This document shows, in pieces, positions 7,985 through 17,540 of a stretch of 61,630 nucleotides of DNA. A program made the position numbers and the translations under genes. The stretch lies in the IMG/VR virus record IMGVR_UViG_3300020186_000025, positions 1 through 61,630 of that record. One strand, written 5' to 3'. A model generated the notes under the pieces. The model saw nothing but the letters and a program-made list of their open reading frames with translations, was not told where the DNA came from and made no database searches. This DNA is from a virus (lineage: Duplodnaviria > Caudoviricetes). Positions within the stretch are counted from its first letter, which is position 1. Every line of letters starts with the position of its first letter.

Positions 7985-8206
7985 TCATGCTTCCTCGAAT
8001 TGACCGCGGATGTTCTGGTTGTAGAACTTGCCGATGCTGGGAGCGTTCAGCATTTCCTTGACCGTGTCCTGATCGACACCGACATACGTCACTGCGGCGC
8101 CGCTGTGAAAACGAACGGTGAGGGTCTGCTCTTCGGCATTGGAAGAGCAGAATTCGATCGCGGTAGAATTGATCGGATGATTTACTTCTGTCATTGCAGC
8201 CTCCAT
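7985..8206 (-). CDS. KTSC domain protein
   Basis: S.AI......TL.VRF.SG...Y.GV.......L.A.S.GKFYN.NIRG.F. Confidence 0.85.
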   Translation of the reverse strand: MEAAMTEVNHPINSTAIEFCSSNAEEQTLTVRFHSGAAVTYVGVDQDTVKEMLNAPSIGKFYNQNIRGQFEEA

Positions 8207-8219
8207 GGTTTACCTTAAC

Positions 8220-8248
8220 AGTTTAACCGTTGCCGATGCAAACGACAA
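8220..8248 (-). promoter_or_regulatory. Conserved phage promoter variant TTGTCG-N17-TAAACT
   Basis: TTGTCGTTTGC core. Confidence 0.7.
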
Positions 8249-8251
8249 GTG

Positions 8252-8596
8252 TCATGTTTCTTTCTCACGCTTCCTACGAGCAAGATAGTCGGTCATCGTC
8301 TCACGATTTTCGACTTTCTTTGGCTTTTCTGCTGTCAAAACGAATCCATCATAGTCCCAGATTTCTTCTGGAAGGATCTTATCAGGAACCAAGATAACAG
8401 TCAGAGTCTTGTATTTACCACGATCAGGAGTATAGGAAAGTCCTACTCGGAAGACTACCGGACCTTCGAATGTGCTATAAATGATCTCGTGCCCAGGAAT
8501 GAACTGACCAGTGAGATCGTGGTTTTCGAGGCGACCGATGCAGTAAGGCTCACTGTGAGCGGGCCAGCCAATGCTGACAGGATCAGGAATGAGCAT
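8252..8596 (-). CDS. Hypothetical protein
   Basis: TGATG coupling with the upstream gene. Confidence 0.55.
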   Translation of the reverse strand: MLIPDPVSIGWPAHSEPYCIGRLENHDLTGQFIPGHEIIYSTFEGPVVFRVGLSYTPDRGKYKTLTVILVPDKILPEEIWDYDGFVLTAEKPKKVENRETMTDYLARRKREKET

Positions 8597-9117
8597 CAGT
8601 AGTGACTCCATTCTGGTTGACCACGGTTTGTCCACTTGGGAGGGCGAGCGTCTCCTTCCCACCGAGCATCAAGATATGCACGATACGATTCTGGAACAGG
8701 ATAGTGAGACATGTCCACTCCGACCGAAGCATTTTTGGCAGAATTCTGGAACTCTGTAAGCGGACCCTCTGGAACGTTTTCTCTCCACTCGAGGATGACC
8801 GAGGTCCTGTATCCAGAGGCATGATCTTTGCCGAAGCGGTGAGTGAACTCCTCGGACAAAGCGAAAGCATGTTGCGAGGTCCAGTCAAAATTGGATCGTG
8901 TCTTGCGGACCCAGATGCTGACCGGATGATTCTGGTGAGCGAATCCGTTGCACACCAGACCTGGACCAATGTGGTCACGAGAGAAAGGCTGACCATGATG
9001 AATCTTAATCGCCAGCGAGAGCATTTGATTTGCTTCCATGAGCAGTTTCCCGACGCGCTTGTCATCGAGAAACTGCGCACTCTCTCTTGGGCAGAAACTG
9101 GAGACAAACAGATTCAT
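8596..9117 (-). CDS. Pyrimidine-dimer DNA glycosylase (endonuclease V)-family protein
   Basis: MNLF....P..SAQ.L.DKRV.K...E..QML, H.NHP..IW, YR.Y, P.WT.R..PEW. Confidence 0.75.
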   Translation of the reverse strand: MNLFVSSFCPRESAQFLDDKRVGKLLMEANQMLSLAIKIHHGQPFSRDHIGPGLVCNGFAHQNHPVSIWVRKTRSNFDWTSQHAFALSEEFTHRFGKDHASGYRTSVILEWRENVPEGPLTEFQNSAKNASVGVDMSHYPVPESYRAYLDARWEGDARPPKWTNRGQPEWSHY

Positions 9118-9347
9118 TCGCCGGTCGTTCCGTTCGACTGAATCCAGGTATCCAGATCAGTCACGGCCAGATCATACTGACCGCGCTTATAGACCTTACC
9201 TGTGATCGTGCCAGCGGCTTTGAGCATGGCAGTAGGTGTCCAACTATGGCTCGGCTTCATACCGGTCCTGGCGAATATTCTGAGGCCAGCTTTGAGGGAG
9301 ATCGCACGAAATGTTTCGGTTCCTCGCTCTCCAACGAACGTTGTCAT
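9114..9347 (-). CDS. Hypothetical protein
   Basis: AAGGAG RBS. Confidence 0.7.
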   Translation of the reverse strand: MTTFVGERGTETFRAISLKAGLRIFARTGMKPSHSWTPTAMLKAAGTITGKVYKRGQYDLAVTDLDTWIQSNGTTGE

Positions 9348-9398
9348 GTCTGTTCTCCTTCGGTAAGTGTGAGGTCTGGGAAATCTCCATCGCCAGCA

Positions 9399-9668
9399 TC
9401 AGGTAGCATCAGTGGTCTCCAGAAGGTGCCAGACAAACGATCCTTGTTGGACTGTGCCGAGATAGGTGGCATCAACCGGGATGTTGAAACCTGTTCCGAT
9501 CACTAAGAACTTCCTCGGACTCATTGATTGGTCGGTGTCACAGTCAGCCCACATGGCGAGTTGCCCATACTGCTCCTGCACCGCCACGACTTGAGAGCCA
9601 TGAGGCATGAGGATGGTCTGTTCTATGTAGTCAACTTCGATCACCCACTTGAGAATTTGACGTGTCAT
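9399..9668 (-). CDS. Conserved hypothetical phage protein
   Basis: MP.G..V.VQ.Q...L..W, GTG, YLGTVQ...FVWHL.E motifs. Confidence 0.75.
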   Translation of the reverse strand: MTRQILKWVIEVDYIEQTILMPHGSQVVAVQEQYGQLAMWADCDTDQSMSPRKFLVIGTGFNIPVDATYLGTVQQGSFVWHLLETTDAT

Positions 9669-9762
9669 GGGATGTCCTTTCCGGGTTATGTCGCCCCGCC
9701 GGCGATCTCAGCACCGACGGCGGGACTAGCCCGCGCCACGAGGGAGGCGCGGCGCGGGTGTC

Positions 9763-10071
9763 TCAGGCGGTGTCAGTCAGCGAGTAGCCAAGCGCGATGG
9801 CGCGGACCCTCATGTCGGCGAGTTCCTCGGCGTTCGGATCAATGACTTTCGTCATTCTTTCGCGCAAATGGTCGAGGGCTTCGGCCGGGGTCGCCCCGAA
9901 GCCGACTTCCGATTTGTTACGGCGCCCGCCCCACTCCACGGTGAATGAGTGCGTTGCCAACTCACCATGATGGCTGCGCTGGGTATGGCGCGCGGCCGGA
10001 TCATTGATGCCGCGGGCCTTGGCGTCATCGACGAGGGCTTGCAGGGCGGCGGCGATCTGTTCGGTGGTCAT
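9763..10071 (-). CDS. Hypothetical protein (GC-rich accessory block)
   Basis: AAAGGA RBS. Confidence 0.65.
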   Translation of the reverse strand: MTTEQIAAALQALVDDAKARGINDPAARHTQRSHHGELATHSFTVEWGGRRNKSEVGFGATPAEALDHLRERMTKVIDPNAEELADMRVRAIALGYSLTDTA

Positions 10072-10082
10072 TGTCGTTCCTT

Positions 10083-10553
10083 TCATGCTGGTTGCTTCGC
10101 CGGTTGGCGCGACGGGCTGTCGGCGCCAATGCGGCTTGGTGTGTAGGGGAGTGACATGGCGCCCGCCATCACTGCCCGGGGGCTGGCAGGGATGCCGTGC
10201 TTGAGCGCATAGTTAATGCGATCAGCAGCGTCTTGCGCGGTCGGATAGCTGGGATGCCAGAGTGAATGAAACATCCAGCCGTATGCAATGCCACCCGCGC
10301 CGAATGCTTCTTCGGCATAGTCGCCCCAGTCTGTGCATCCTGCCGGAACGGCGATGCCGAGGCTGGGGCCAAGGCCGACAGCGCAAGCCGACGTGCCGCA
10401 CTCGTGGTTGGCTGGGTCAAGAAGCTCCGTGTCGTTTCTGCAATAAGTGCGCATGTCAAAGGCCAGGCTAGTCACTCCGAGCGACAAGTGAACCGCCAGC
10501 CGTTCGCAGTTGGCGCGCTGCTCAGGGGTAGGGTTGAAGGCGATGTTGGTCAT
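10083..10553 (-). CDS. Hypothetical protein with CGTSAC.VG motif
   Basis: AAAGGA RBS; FDM..Y and CGT.AC..G motif common in alphaproteobacterial phages. Confidence 0.7.
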   Translation of the reverse strand: MTNIAFNPTPEQRANCERLAVHLSLGVTSLAFDMRTYCRNDTELLDPANHECGTSACAVGLGPSLGIAVPAGCTDWGDYAEEAFGAGGIAYGWMFHSLWHPSYPTAQDAADRINYALKHGIPASPRAVMAGAMSLPYTPSRIGADSPSRQPAKQPA

Positions 10554-10564
10554 GATGGTTCCTT

Positions 10565-10942
10565 TCAGATGTGCAGTTGTTCGCGTTCGGCGGCTTCGTG
10601 TTCGGCGCGGTCATAAGCCTCCTGCTCCAGTTCGTCGAGCCTGTAATGAAAAGCGTTGTTTGCGGCGCGACTGAGCCACAGCCATTCAGGTCGTTCTGCC
10701 ATGACGAACCCGGCATGGGCGTTCTGCTCGGCGGCAGACTCGGCGAGGTGACTCATGACCGCGTCAGTGTAGTCTGAGTCGCTGCCAATCTTGCCAATAT
10801 AGATCGAGTCAGCCCAAGAGGAAGGCTCTATCAACAGATTGAAGATCTCGTCCAGAGTCTGCGGCAGCGGCCCGTCCAGCGTGCTCCACTTGCCGTCGTC
10901 GCGGTCGTGGAAGGCGACGATGTATCCAGTCGGGGCGGTCAT
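10565..10942 (-). CDS. Hypothetical protein
   Basis: AAAGGAG RBS. Confidence 0.7.
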   Translation of the reverse strand: MTAPTGYIVAFHDRDDGKWSTLDGPLPQTLDEIFNLLIEPSSWADSIYIGKIGSDSDYTDAVMSHLAESAAEQNAHAGFVMAERPEWLWLSRAANNAFHYRLDELEQEAYDRAEHEAAEREQLHI

Positions 10943-11038
10943 TTCTTCTCCTTTGCACATCTTGGGCATCTCTTGTGAGTAGCGTCGTCATAACGAAGAC
11001 GACACAGAAGGCAGATAACCAGTTTGGTGAACACAGAC

Positions 11039-11440
11039 TTACTCCTCATGACAGTCGATGTTGGTTGGCGCGGCCTTAAGGGCGGAGCGGGCCACGCCTC
11101 CGAAGTCATTGCTGCTCGTCGCCCAGGGAGCATATCCAGCGAAGTCCGCATAATAATGCAGTGCCTTCCGCAGCCCCGCCTCACGCGCAAGGGCGGCGCT
11201 CAGTTCGCGGTGAAGGTCGGGAGCGGCTGCGATCAGGGCGGCGTTAGCCTCGCGTTCGGCGCAATCCGCAACCCAAGCATCCTTTTTAAGCACGTCGCTG
11301 TGAGCATCGACAGTGGCAATTCTGGCAGCAAGACCGAGAACTGGCCGTTGCCCGTCATTTGTTAAGCCGATCTTGCTCACACGCCACGGCCCTGCCGAGA
11401 ACCCCGTCAGCCGCGCGATCAGGTCATCAAGGGCGGTCAT
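11039..11440 (-). CDS. Hypothetical protein (GPW..ANA.LIAAAPDL family)
   Basis: Widespread prophage motif. Confidence 0.75.
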   Translation of the reverse strand: MTALDDLIARLTGFSAGPWRVSKIGLTNDGQRPVLGLAARIATVDAHSDVLKKDAWVADCAEREANAALIAAAPDLHRELSAALAREAGLRKALHYYADFAGYAPWATSSNDFGGVARSALKAAPTNIDCHEE

Positions 11441-11573
11441 GGCGCACCCCCTTCCGTGCGATGACCGTGTAGGACTTCCCGTCCTCGACGGCTTGCGCGG
11501 TCAGCGCTTCGACGCGGGCGAAGTCACTCGTGTAGTGCGTGACCCCGCCGATCGTGACTGTGTAGATGGTCAT
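11427..11573 (-). CDS. Small hypothetical protein (48 aa, not in the ORF track)
   Basis: AAGGAGG RBS, ATGA coupling, MTIYTVTIGG... Confidence 0.5.
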   Translation of the reverse strand: MTIYTVTIGGVTHYTSDFARVEALTAQAVEDGKSYTVIARKGVRHDRP

Positions 11574-11839
11574 GACTTCGTTCCTCCTTCGTTCAACACG
11601 AGGTGACCTTTATAGTTGCGAACATACTTCTGTCCGCGACCGGTGCCAAGGTTTCCGCGCACGGACTGGTGAGCATAACTCTCGAACGATTTCTGAGTCA
11701 TCGTTGCCCAAGAACCGTAGATCGTCTTGGCATCGTAGACAACCTCACCGACTTCGTGAGTGAACGGAACTTTGAAATCATCGAAAGTCATGGTCTCAGC
11801 AGAAACGTATCTCTTGGGGTTTCCCATAGTGTCCTCCAT
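11570..11839 (-). CDS. Hypothetical protein
   Basis: YDAKT..G.WA.M and LG.GRGQKY motifs; follows a promoter. Confidence 0.75.
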   Translation of the reverse strand: MEDTMGNPKRYVSAETMTFDDFKVPFTHEVGEVVYDAKTIYGSWATMTQKSFESYAHQSVRGNLGTGRGQKYVRNYKGHLVLNEGGTKS

Positions 11840-11852
11840 ATATCATAACACT

Positions 11853-11881
11853 AGCCTAGCACCCTTGGGTGCAAATGACAA
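11853..11881 (-). promoter_or_regulatory. Conserved phage promoter TTGTCA-N17-TAGGCT
   Basis: Same motif family. Confidence 0.8.
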
Positions 11882-11900
11882 GCGTCATGTTTCAGCTACT

Positions 11901-12863
11901 TTAGAACAGGTTCATCTGTGCCGGGGCGAGAGGAAGAGAATCCATATCGTCTTGATCACGGAAGCCAATAAATATCGGGAAACGAGGTTTGTCTTTGACA
12001 CCACCAGTAAAGAACTTGAATTTCACGATCCGACCTACCAAATCTTCGTTCCATATGGTCTCTCTTTGGGCTTGGTCAAATCCCGATCCGATACTTACCT
12101 CGTAAACGATTCTCCTGACATGTTCAGGGACGATATCGTCTGATGGAAAGACCCCACGAACTTGAACAGCGCCGAGGACGCCCATCGGAATCATGTTTTC
12201 CTGATTACTAGAACGCTCTTGTTGGCCGAGAGCATTCATTGTCGATTCATTCTGGTTTGAGCGAAGTTCAGTCACATCGACGATGATCGCTTCGGTGTCA
12301 ATCCATCTTGCATCTTTGACTTTGATCAACTCGCCCTGGACAGCAGTTCCTCTACCATATTTGTAGAAACGATCCGGATGACGAAGAATGATACCCTCGT
12401 GCCCAAGTGAGATCTGCTGAATCTCCCAGGCTTGAAGTTCTTCCATTGTTGAGAATTTCACGGTTTCGAGTAGACTGACATTCTCAGGCCAATACTTGGC
12501 TTCTGTGCGCAGGACATCCAAACGGTTGGAGAAATTCGTTGGCATATCCCATCGGTCGAACACGAAGAAATGAAGTTCGGGGTCGCTTTGATCAAAAGAC
12601 ATCACACTGGACATCGTCCGATGATAGCAATGTCTCGCTGTCGGGTCGCCGCAGATCATCTCACCGTCCAGACCTTCAAGAAGGTCTTTGTTCCAAGAGA
12701 TCAAGGACTGGACTTGAGCAGATCGAACAGGTTTGAGACTGCGAGTGTAAGCCACTCCGTCACGGATGAATACCCGGATACCATCGAGTTTCAGCTGACC
12801 GAACATGGGAAGCATTCTCGCAACCCGGTCTGGTTCATATTTGCCTGCGAGCATCGGTTTCAT
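11901..12863 (-). CDS. lig: ATP-dependent DNA ligase
   Basis: KLDGIR (motif I), LDGE, FFVFD, EGII, K.K, OB-domain GSGF and PRFPIF. Confidence 0.92.
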   Translation of the reverse strand: MKPMLAGKYEPDRVARMLPMFGQLKLDGIRVFIRDGVAYTRSLKPVRSAQVQSLISWNKDLLEGLDGEMICGDPTARHCYHRTMSSVMSFDQSDPELHFFVFDRWDMPTNFSNRLDVLRTEAKYWPENVSLLETVKFSTMEELQAWEIQQISLGHEGIILRHPDRFYKYGRGTAVQGELIKVKDARWIDTEAIIVDVTELRSNQNESTMNALGQQERSSNQENMIPMGVLGAVQVRGVFPSDDIVPEHVRRIVYEVSIGSGFDQAQRETIWNEDLVGRIVKFKFFTGGVKDKPRFPIFIGFRDQDDMDSLPLAPAQMNLF

Positions 12864-13147
12864 TCCAGTTCTCCCAGCCATCTTTCAATGGCCGAATTGA
12901 TCTCTTTCTCTTTCGGAGTCTCATCGTCGCTGGTTTTGAATCTCTTGAGGCGATCTTTGATATACCCGATCACAACATGTTTGCCACGGAAATTGATCAG
13001 CACCTCCAGCATACTGCCCTTGAACAGTTTGCAAGAAGACACGTATTCGGGAACTTTGAGTTTCATGGTCACTCCTTCGGGTAAACCCTTAGATGTTTCA
13101 CTTCCAGACAATCGCCGAAACTTTCGACTGCCTCTGTGGTGTCCCAA
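12860..13147 (-). CDS. Hypothetical protein (start uncertain, perhaps 13066)
   Basis: ATGA coupling to the ligase. Confidence 0.5.
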   Translation of the reverse strand: MGHHRGSRKFRRLSGSETSKGLPEGVTMKLKVPEYVSSCKLFKGSMLEVLINFRGKHVVIGYIKDRLKRFKTSDDETPKEKEINSAIERWLGELE

Positions 13148-13290
13148 CCATCCATGAAATAGGTCTCGCCGGTGGGGACAGTGATTTGCATCACTTCATA
13201 CATCACGCCGTGACCCGCACAATGGGAGCACTCTTTTCCCCTGTCATCAGGAGTGTGGCCTTCACAGAAATCACATGGTTTCATGGTCAT
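13069..13290 (-). CDS. Small zinc-finger protein
   Basis: CDFC..CSHCAGHG; AAAGGAG RBS. Confidence 0.65.
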   Translation of the reverse strand: MTMKPCDFCEGHTPDDRGKECSHCAGHGVMYEVMQITVPTGETYFMDGWDTTEAVESFGDCLEVKHLRVYPKE

Positions 13291-13511
13291 CTCATTCTCC
13301 TTTGTTTACGTTACTTAGCATAGCATAGCAGCGGTCAGGGGCATAGGGTAAAGGTTCAGGTGCTATCGGAGCGCCTCGGAGCGGGGGCAGGGCAGGGCTT
13401 ACGCCCTACAGCTAAGGGGTAGGGTAGGGCAGGGTATGGCTTGCGCCATAGCGCCATCTGATGGTCGCAGTTTACCCACGTTCTTGCTCCAATCATCACA
13501 AGGATCATCCA

Positions 13512-15884
13512 TCAGAATGGCTCCTTGATCAATTCGTCTGCACCATCAACTTCGGTTTCCCAGACTACTCTGCCATAGATCTTTTCCCAAGAATTTCGGC
13601 ATTTCTTGAGGTCTTTGAAATCATAGAAATACAGTCGTTTCTTCTTCCGCTCGTTCCGCCTTGCATCCTCGTTATAGACATCAACTGCGACACGCTTTTG
13701 AGTTCTCTCAATGTGAGGACAAACTCTTGTGAGGAATCTCCCAAGGGCTGTTTCATTTCCTCTTCTGCTGAACTTCCACTTTTCTGCGTAAGCTGTGAAG
13801 TCACTGATGATTGTGTCACAAGGAACAGCTTCTGTCCACTCAGCGTCGCTATCAACCAAACGACCATTCTGGAGTTTCCGAAACCACCATTCCTCATCCA
13901 CCGACATAGAAAGAAGCTTCTGCTCTTGGAGAGCATCAGTTTGCGGAACTTCACGAACTTGGAAACCTTCTAGATCGATGTTTTGTAAGTGGAAGAGCAG
14001 AGCCTCAAATCCACCAGACTCCATCTGTCTGACAATATCTCCAAAGTATTGTTTATTCTGTTTCGCGTTATCTGCTACTTCGAGAACGAAATATCTCCTC
14101 TCATCGCCCGAGGCACGAATAACGTGAGGATCGTTTGCAGCCATGATCAAGTGAACATAGTTGGGATAAGTTTCGACGTCGACGCCTTTCTGCTCAATCG
14201 GTATGCTATCTTCGGTGACCAGCATCTTGAGAACAGATTCGTGCTTCTTGTCGCCGGCGAAGAACGCTTCATCAGCAAACAAGCAGATTACATCACGAAG
14301 GTGAGCGTTGAAGTTACCAACGAGATGTGAGGGGTTGGCAACATGGAGATGATGTCTTCCAAAGAGTTTACCGAACAGAGTCGCCATCAACGACTTTCCT
14401 GTTCCTTTACCGCCTCTCATAACGAGTGCAACCTCTCCTGGAGAAGCTGGGACTTGAACAGCACGAGCCATCCATTTTATGAGATAAACGTAATATTCTT
14501 CAACTCCACTACAGACGTTATCATGAAGGTGATTGAGATACAACGAGCAGTCTCCAGGTTTCGGCTCAAAGCTGAAACCGCGCCATAGATTGTAGACACC
14601 TGGAAGATCACCCTGAGGCATGAACCTCATGTAATCGAACTGTCGTCTCATGCGATGGTTGATCCAGTATTTCCCAAGAGCGACTTGAATTGGCTTTCCC
14701 TCTTTATCGCTACCAACATCTACCATGATATTCGAATATCGATTACGAAGGTCTTCAAACGAAGAAATGGTCAACCGCGAACGGTTCATGATTTCGTCTT
14801 CAACTTCTTCGATGACTCGGCATTTCCCTCCAATGTTACCGATGATTGCATGGCGCTCATTCATCATTCGCAGATTTGGATCTTCTGCATGTTCTTTGGC
14901 ACGAGTCATCTGCCGAACAGCATACTTCTCAGGATTCTTGGACTCTAGGACACTCTCAGCAATACCCCAATCACGATCTGTGATTATAGCATACACGACT
15001 TCGTCCGGAACACCTGCTCGTAAAAGTTGACAGATACAATCGAACAGCCATGCCGATCTTGAGTTATCCCCCTCTTTCGGTTGGTCTGGGTGTCTCCCTT
15101 GGGCTACGATCACCTTGACACGATCTGGAACGTTCCACTCATCTAGTTCATTGAGATCTTGAACACGCTCCACGTTTCCTGGGACACTGACGCTCACACC
15201 ATATTCACCACCTTGATGGGAATCGATTTGAACGCCCTGTGCCTTCTTGAAATCTGAGATATCATATTCGTTTTTGTTGAATTCAAAACAGACCGCTAAC
15301 TCTTCGACACGGCCAGCTTTCTTTTTCTTCACATCAGGAATGTTGATTGTTCCTGGGAGTCGCATAATACGATCAATGTTATGACAGTGATCTCCACCAA
15401 AGACTTGCTCTAACCTCTTGTTGTAAAGTTCGAAGTCCTCACATTTCTTAACGTCGCCATCAACTATAATTTCTTTTGAAAGTCTCCAGAAGCCTTGATA
15501 TCCACCACCCGAGAATATGATCACAGTTGGTTTTGGAATTCCCTTTGGTATCTTGTCGGTGAGAAGCCCAAGAGCACGTTCCCGGCCTTCCTCGAGAGTC
15601 TCTCCTGGCTCTGGATCAATATCAATGTGAAGCCAACCGGCAGCTTTGATGTCTTCCTTGTGAGCCTTGGACTTCATGTCTTTTACGCATGGATTGACAT
15701 GGAAATAGATATTACGATTTCCGATGTATTTCACGAGCCACTTGCGACATTCATCGATTTCGTCGGACTTGAAGGTTCTTGTTTCGATTTTCTTACGATC
15801 AGTCTGAATCGCTGTCAGAACCCAAGGACCATCTTTACTCCATTTACTCAAGAAATCGATTGAGGCTTCGCTATTCCCCTGCAT
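13512..15884 (-). CDS. DNA primase-helicase (RepB-type primase plus SF3/NrS-1-like helicase)
   Basis: HIDID, SGGGYQ.FW, RIMRLPGT.N; Walker A GGKGTGKS, FADEA, A.N, DERRY. Confidence 0.9.
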   Translation of the reverse strand: MQGNSEASIDFLSKWSKDGPWVLTAIQTDRKKIETRTFKSDEIDECRKWLVKYIGNRNIYFHVNPCVKDMKSKAHKEDIKAAGWLHIDIDPEPGETLEEGRERALGLLTDKIPKGIPKPTVIIFSGGGYQGFWRLSKEIIVDGDVKKCEDFELYNKRLEQVFGGDHCHNIDRIMRLPGTINIPDVKKKKAGRVEELAVCFEFNKNEYDISDFKKAQGVQIDSHQGGEYGVSVSVPGNVERVQDLNELDEWNVPDRVKVIVAQGRHPDQPKEGDNSRSAWLFDCICQLLRAGVPDEVVYAIITDRDWGIAESVLESKNPEKYAVRQMTRAKEHAEDPNLRMMNERHAIIGNIGGKCRVIEEVEDEIMNRSRLTISSFEDLRNRYSNIMVDVGSDKEGKPIQVALGKYWINHRMRRQFDYMRFMPQGDLPGVYNLWRGFSFEPKPGDCSLYLNHLHDNVCSGVEEYYVYLIKWMARAVQVPASPGEVALVMRGGKGTGKSLMATLFGKLFGRHHLHVANPSHLVGNFNAHLRDVICLFADEAFFAGDKKHESVLKMLVTEDSIPIEQKGVDVETYPNYVHLIMAANDPHVIRASGDERRYFVLEVADNAKQNKQYFGDIVRQMESGGFEALLFHLQNIDLEGFQVREVPQTDALQEQKLLSMSVDEEWWFRKLQNGRLVDSDAEWTEAVPCDTIISDFTAYAEKWKFSRRGNETALGRFLTRVCPHIERTQKRVAVDVYNEDARRNERKKKRLYFYDFKDLKKCRNSWEKIYGRVVWETEVDGADELIKEPF

Positions 15885-16224
15885 AGTTGTCTTCCCAGAA
15901 CTTTACGAGATCAAAAGAAACTGGTGCAGTTCCAACTTCCATCTGATTGAGCCAATATCGAGTGATCCCGATCTGCTCAGCAATTTCACCCTGTGTCATA
16001 GAAGACCTACGACGACATAGCATAATCTTCTCGTTGACTTCCAGAGGTTCCACCTCACAGAAGTTCATTCCCTGATATTCTGACTGGTCACGCTCAACTT
16101 CGCCGTAGAAGTTACGAGTGATCCCGTTGACTCTCGCCATCTCGTCTTGAGACAGCCCTGACCTGCGTCGGCTGATCAACAAGGTCTCCCCCAACGTCAA
16201 CCTTTTGAGATCGATCTTATCCAC
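15871..16224 (-). CDS. Tandem XRE-family HTH regulator
   Basis: Two repeats of RRRS.L/MS/TQ.E.A...GI.R.....E; probable GTG start at 16224. Confidence 0.8.
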   Translation of the reverse strand: MDKIDLKRLTLGETLLISRRRSGLSQDEMARVNGITRNFYGEVERDQSEYQGMNFCEVEPLEVNEKIMLCRRRSSMTQGEIAEQIGITRYWLNQMEVGTAPVSFDLVKFWEDNYAGE

Positions 16225-16613
16225 GTTACAAGTCTTTCTTTGTCTATGCCATTCATATGAAGAAGAGCATTCTCCCGCATTTCTGGTCTTGTCATTTTTT
16301 CGAAGTTTGACACGGCGAACATACCATCCCAGAAGAACCACTCTTGAGCGACTTGAGCACAAACGAGAACTGTGCCACCGAGTGCGGCTCTCTTTGCTAT
16401 AAAAATCTTCTGCGTTTGCAGCAAAGGGTGGGGAAATCTGACTGGCTGGTCGTCTGCTCGAACGGGCCATCTTCCCATATATTTGCACTCAATCCAGCCT
16501 CCAATATAATTCACGTCAAGTGTCCCAGACTTGACACGATTCTCAACTGGAAATGCCCCGAGGACTTTCAAAGCTTTAACCAGATTGGCTCTGGTCGTTT
16601 TATTCTCAGACAT
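16197..16613 (-). CDS. PD-(D/E)XK nuclease / Holliday junction resolvase
   Basis: VEN....G..DV....GWIECK...Q..F...R...GG. Confidence 0.75.
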   Translation of the reverse strand: MSENKTTRANLVKALKVLGAFPVENRVKSGTLDVNYIGGWIECKYMGRWPVRADDQPVRFPHPLLQTQKIFIAKRAALGGTVLVCAQVAQEWFFWDGMFAVSNFEKMTRPEMRENALLHMNGIDKERLVTWIRSISKG

Positions 16614-16614
16614 A

Positions 16615-17142
16615 TCAGGAACCCCCAACTTTACCCCGCCACGGTGCATTTGACAAGTCGGAATTGTAATGAATTGCAGCAACCGGTCCTCGTCGCTGGT
16701 CTTGATATTTTCCTTCGTAAGGTTGATCAGTCGGGAAATCCAACCTCTGGAAAACGATTTGAGCGATCGCCATTCCTTTTTCGATCCGCAGAGTTTCCCT
16801 TCCATGGTTGGTCAATTCAAGAGTCAGCCAGCCAGCCCATCCCGGCTCAATAATAGTGTTCTGCACGGCCAAGCCACGACGAGCCCAAGAGGACTTATCG
16901 GCCACCGAAGCGATGAGGTCGTTCGGCATCTTGAACCGTTCAATCGTAGAAGCCAGAATGAAATCACCAGGATTGAGAACACGATAGGAAAAGATTGAGT
17001 TGAGAGCGAACTCGACCCGAACATCGTAGCCTGCTGAACTGAGACCGAACGTCATCCCTTCATATTTTGTTCTCTCATGAAATGGAGAGATCAAATCATG
17101 CTCTTCGCAGTAACGGCGAATAGTTTGTGCGCTGAGAATCAT
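16615..17142 (-). CDS. dcd: dCTP deaminase
   Basis: MILS, GYDVR, KSSWARRGL, IEPGW.G.LTLE, IAQ, Y.GKYQ.Q. Confidence 0.9.
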   Translation of the reverse strand: MILSAQTIRRYCEEHDLISPFHERTKYEGMTFGLSSAGYDVRVEFALNSIFSYRVLNPGDFILASTIERFKMPNDLIASVADKSSWARRGLAVQNTIIEPGWAGWLTLELTNHGRETLRIEKGMAIAQIVFQRLDFPTDQPYEGKYQDQRRGPVAAIHYNSDLSNAPWRGKVGGS

Positions 17143-17540
17143 TTTGTCTTTTTCCCCACATGCTGAAACGATCCGTCAGAAGCGATTTCCCAAGAGCGCT
17201 TCTTGTTGACTTCCAATTTCTTGGCGACAGCTTCCATGAGATCGCCGCCATTGATCTCACAGATTTGTAGCAGGAAGAAAGCGACATCGGCGCATTCTTC
17301 GATGATTTCTTCCTTTTCACCGGGTTTGTTGATCAGAGTCGAAATCAACTCAGCCATCTCTTTGTTTCCACGAACGGAAAGCGCAAGGGGCGAAGGATTC
17401 CCGAACATCACTTTCGCCCAATCCCAGACCTGCCCTTGAACAGAGCGAACAGGTTTGCCAGCCTCGCAGTCGCAGACTTTCTTCAATCCGCAGGCACAGC
17501 CGCCGCCTTGATCATACTTTGCCATGTTTTTCTTCTCCAT
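17139..17540 (-). CDS. MazG-like nucleotide pyrophosphohydrolase
   Basis: W....FG, KE..EL, EECADV, K...N..R.W. Confidence 0.75.
   Translation of the reverse strand: MEKKNMAKYDQGGGCACGLKKVCDCEAGKPVRSVQGQVWDWAKVMFGNPSPLALSVRGNKEMAELISTLINKPGEKEEIIEECADVAFFLLQICEINGGDLMEAVAKKLEVNKKRSWEIASDGSFQHVGKKTK

Noticed and set aside
15871-16224. Lysogeny module
   Set aside because: The HTH gene is embedded in the replication operon; no integrase, att site or divergent cI/cro pair was found
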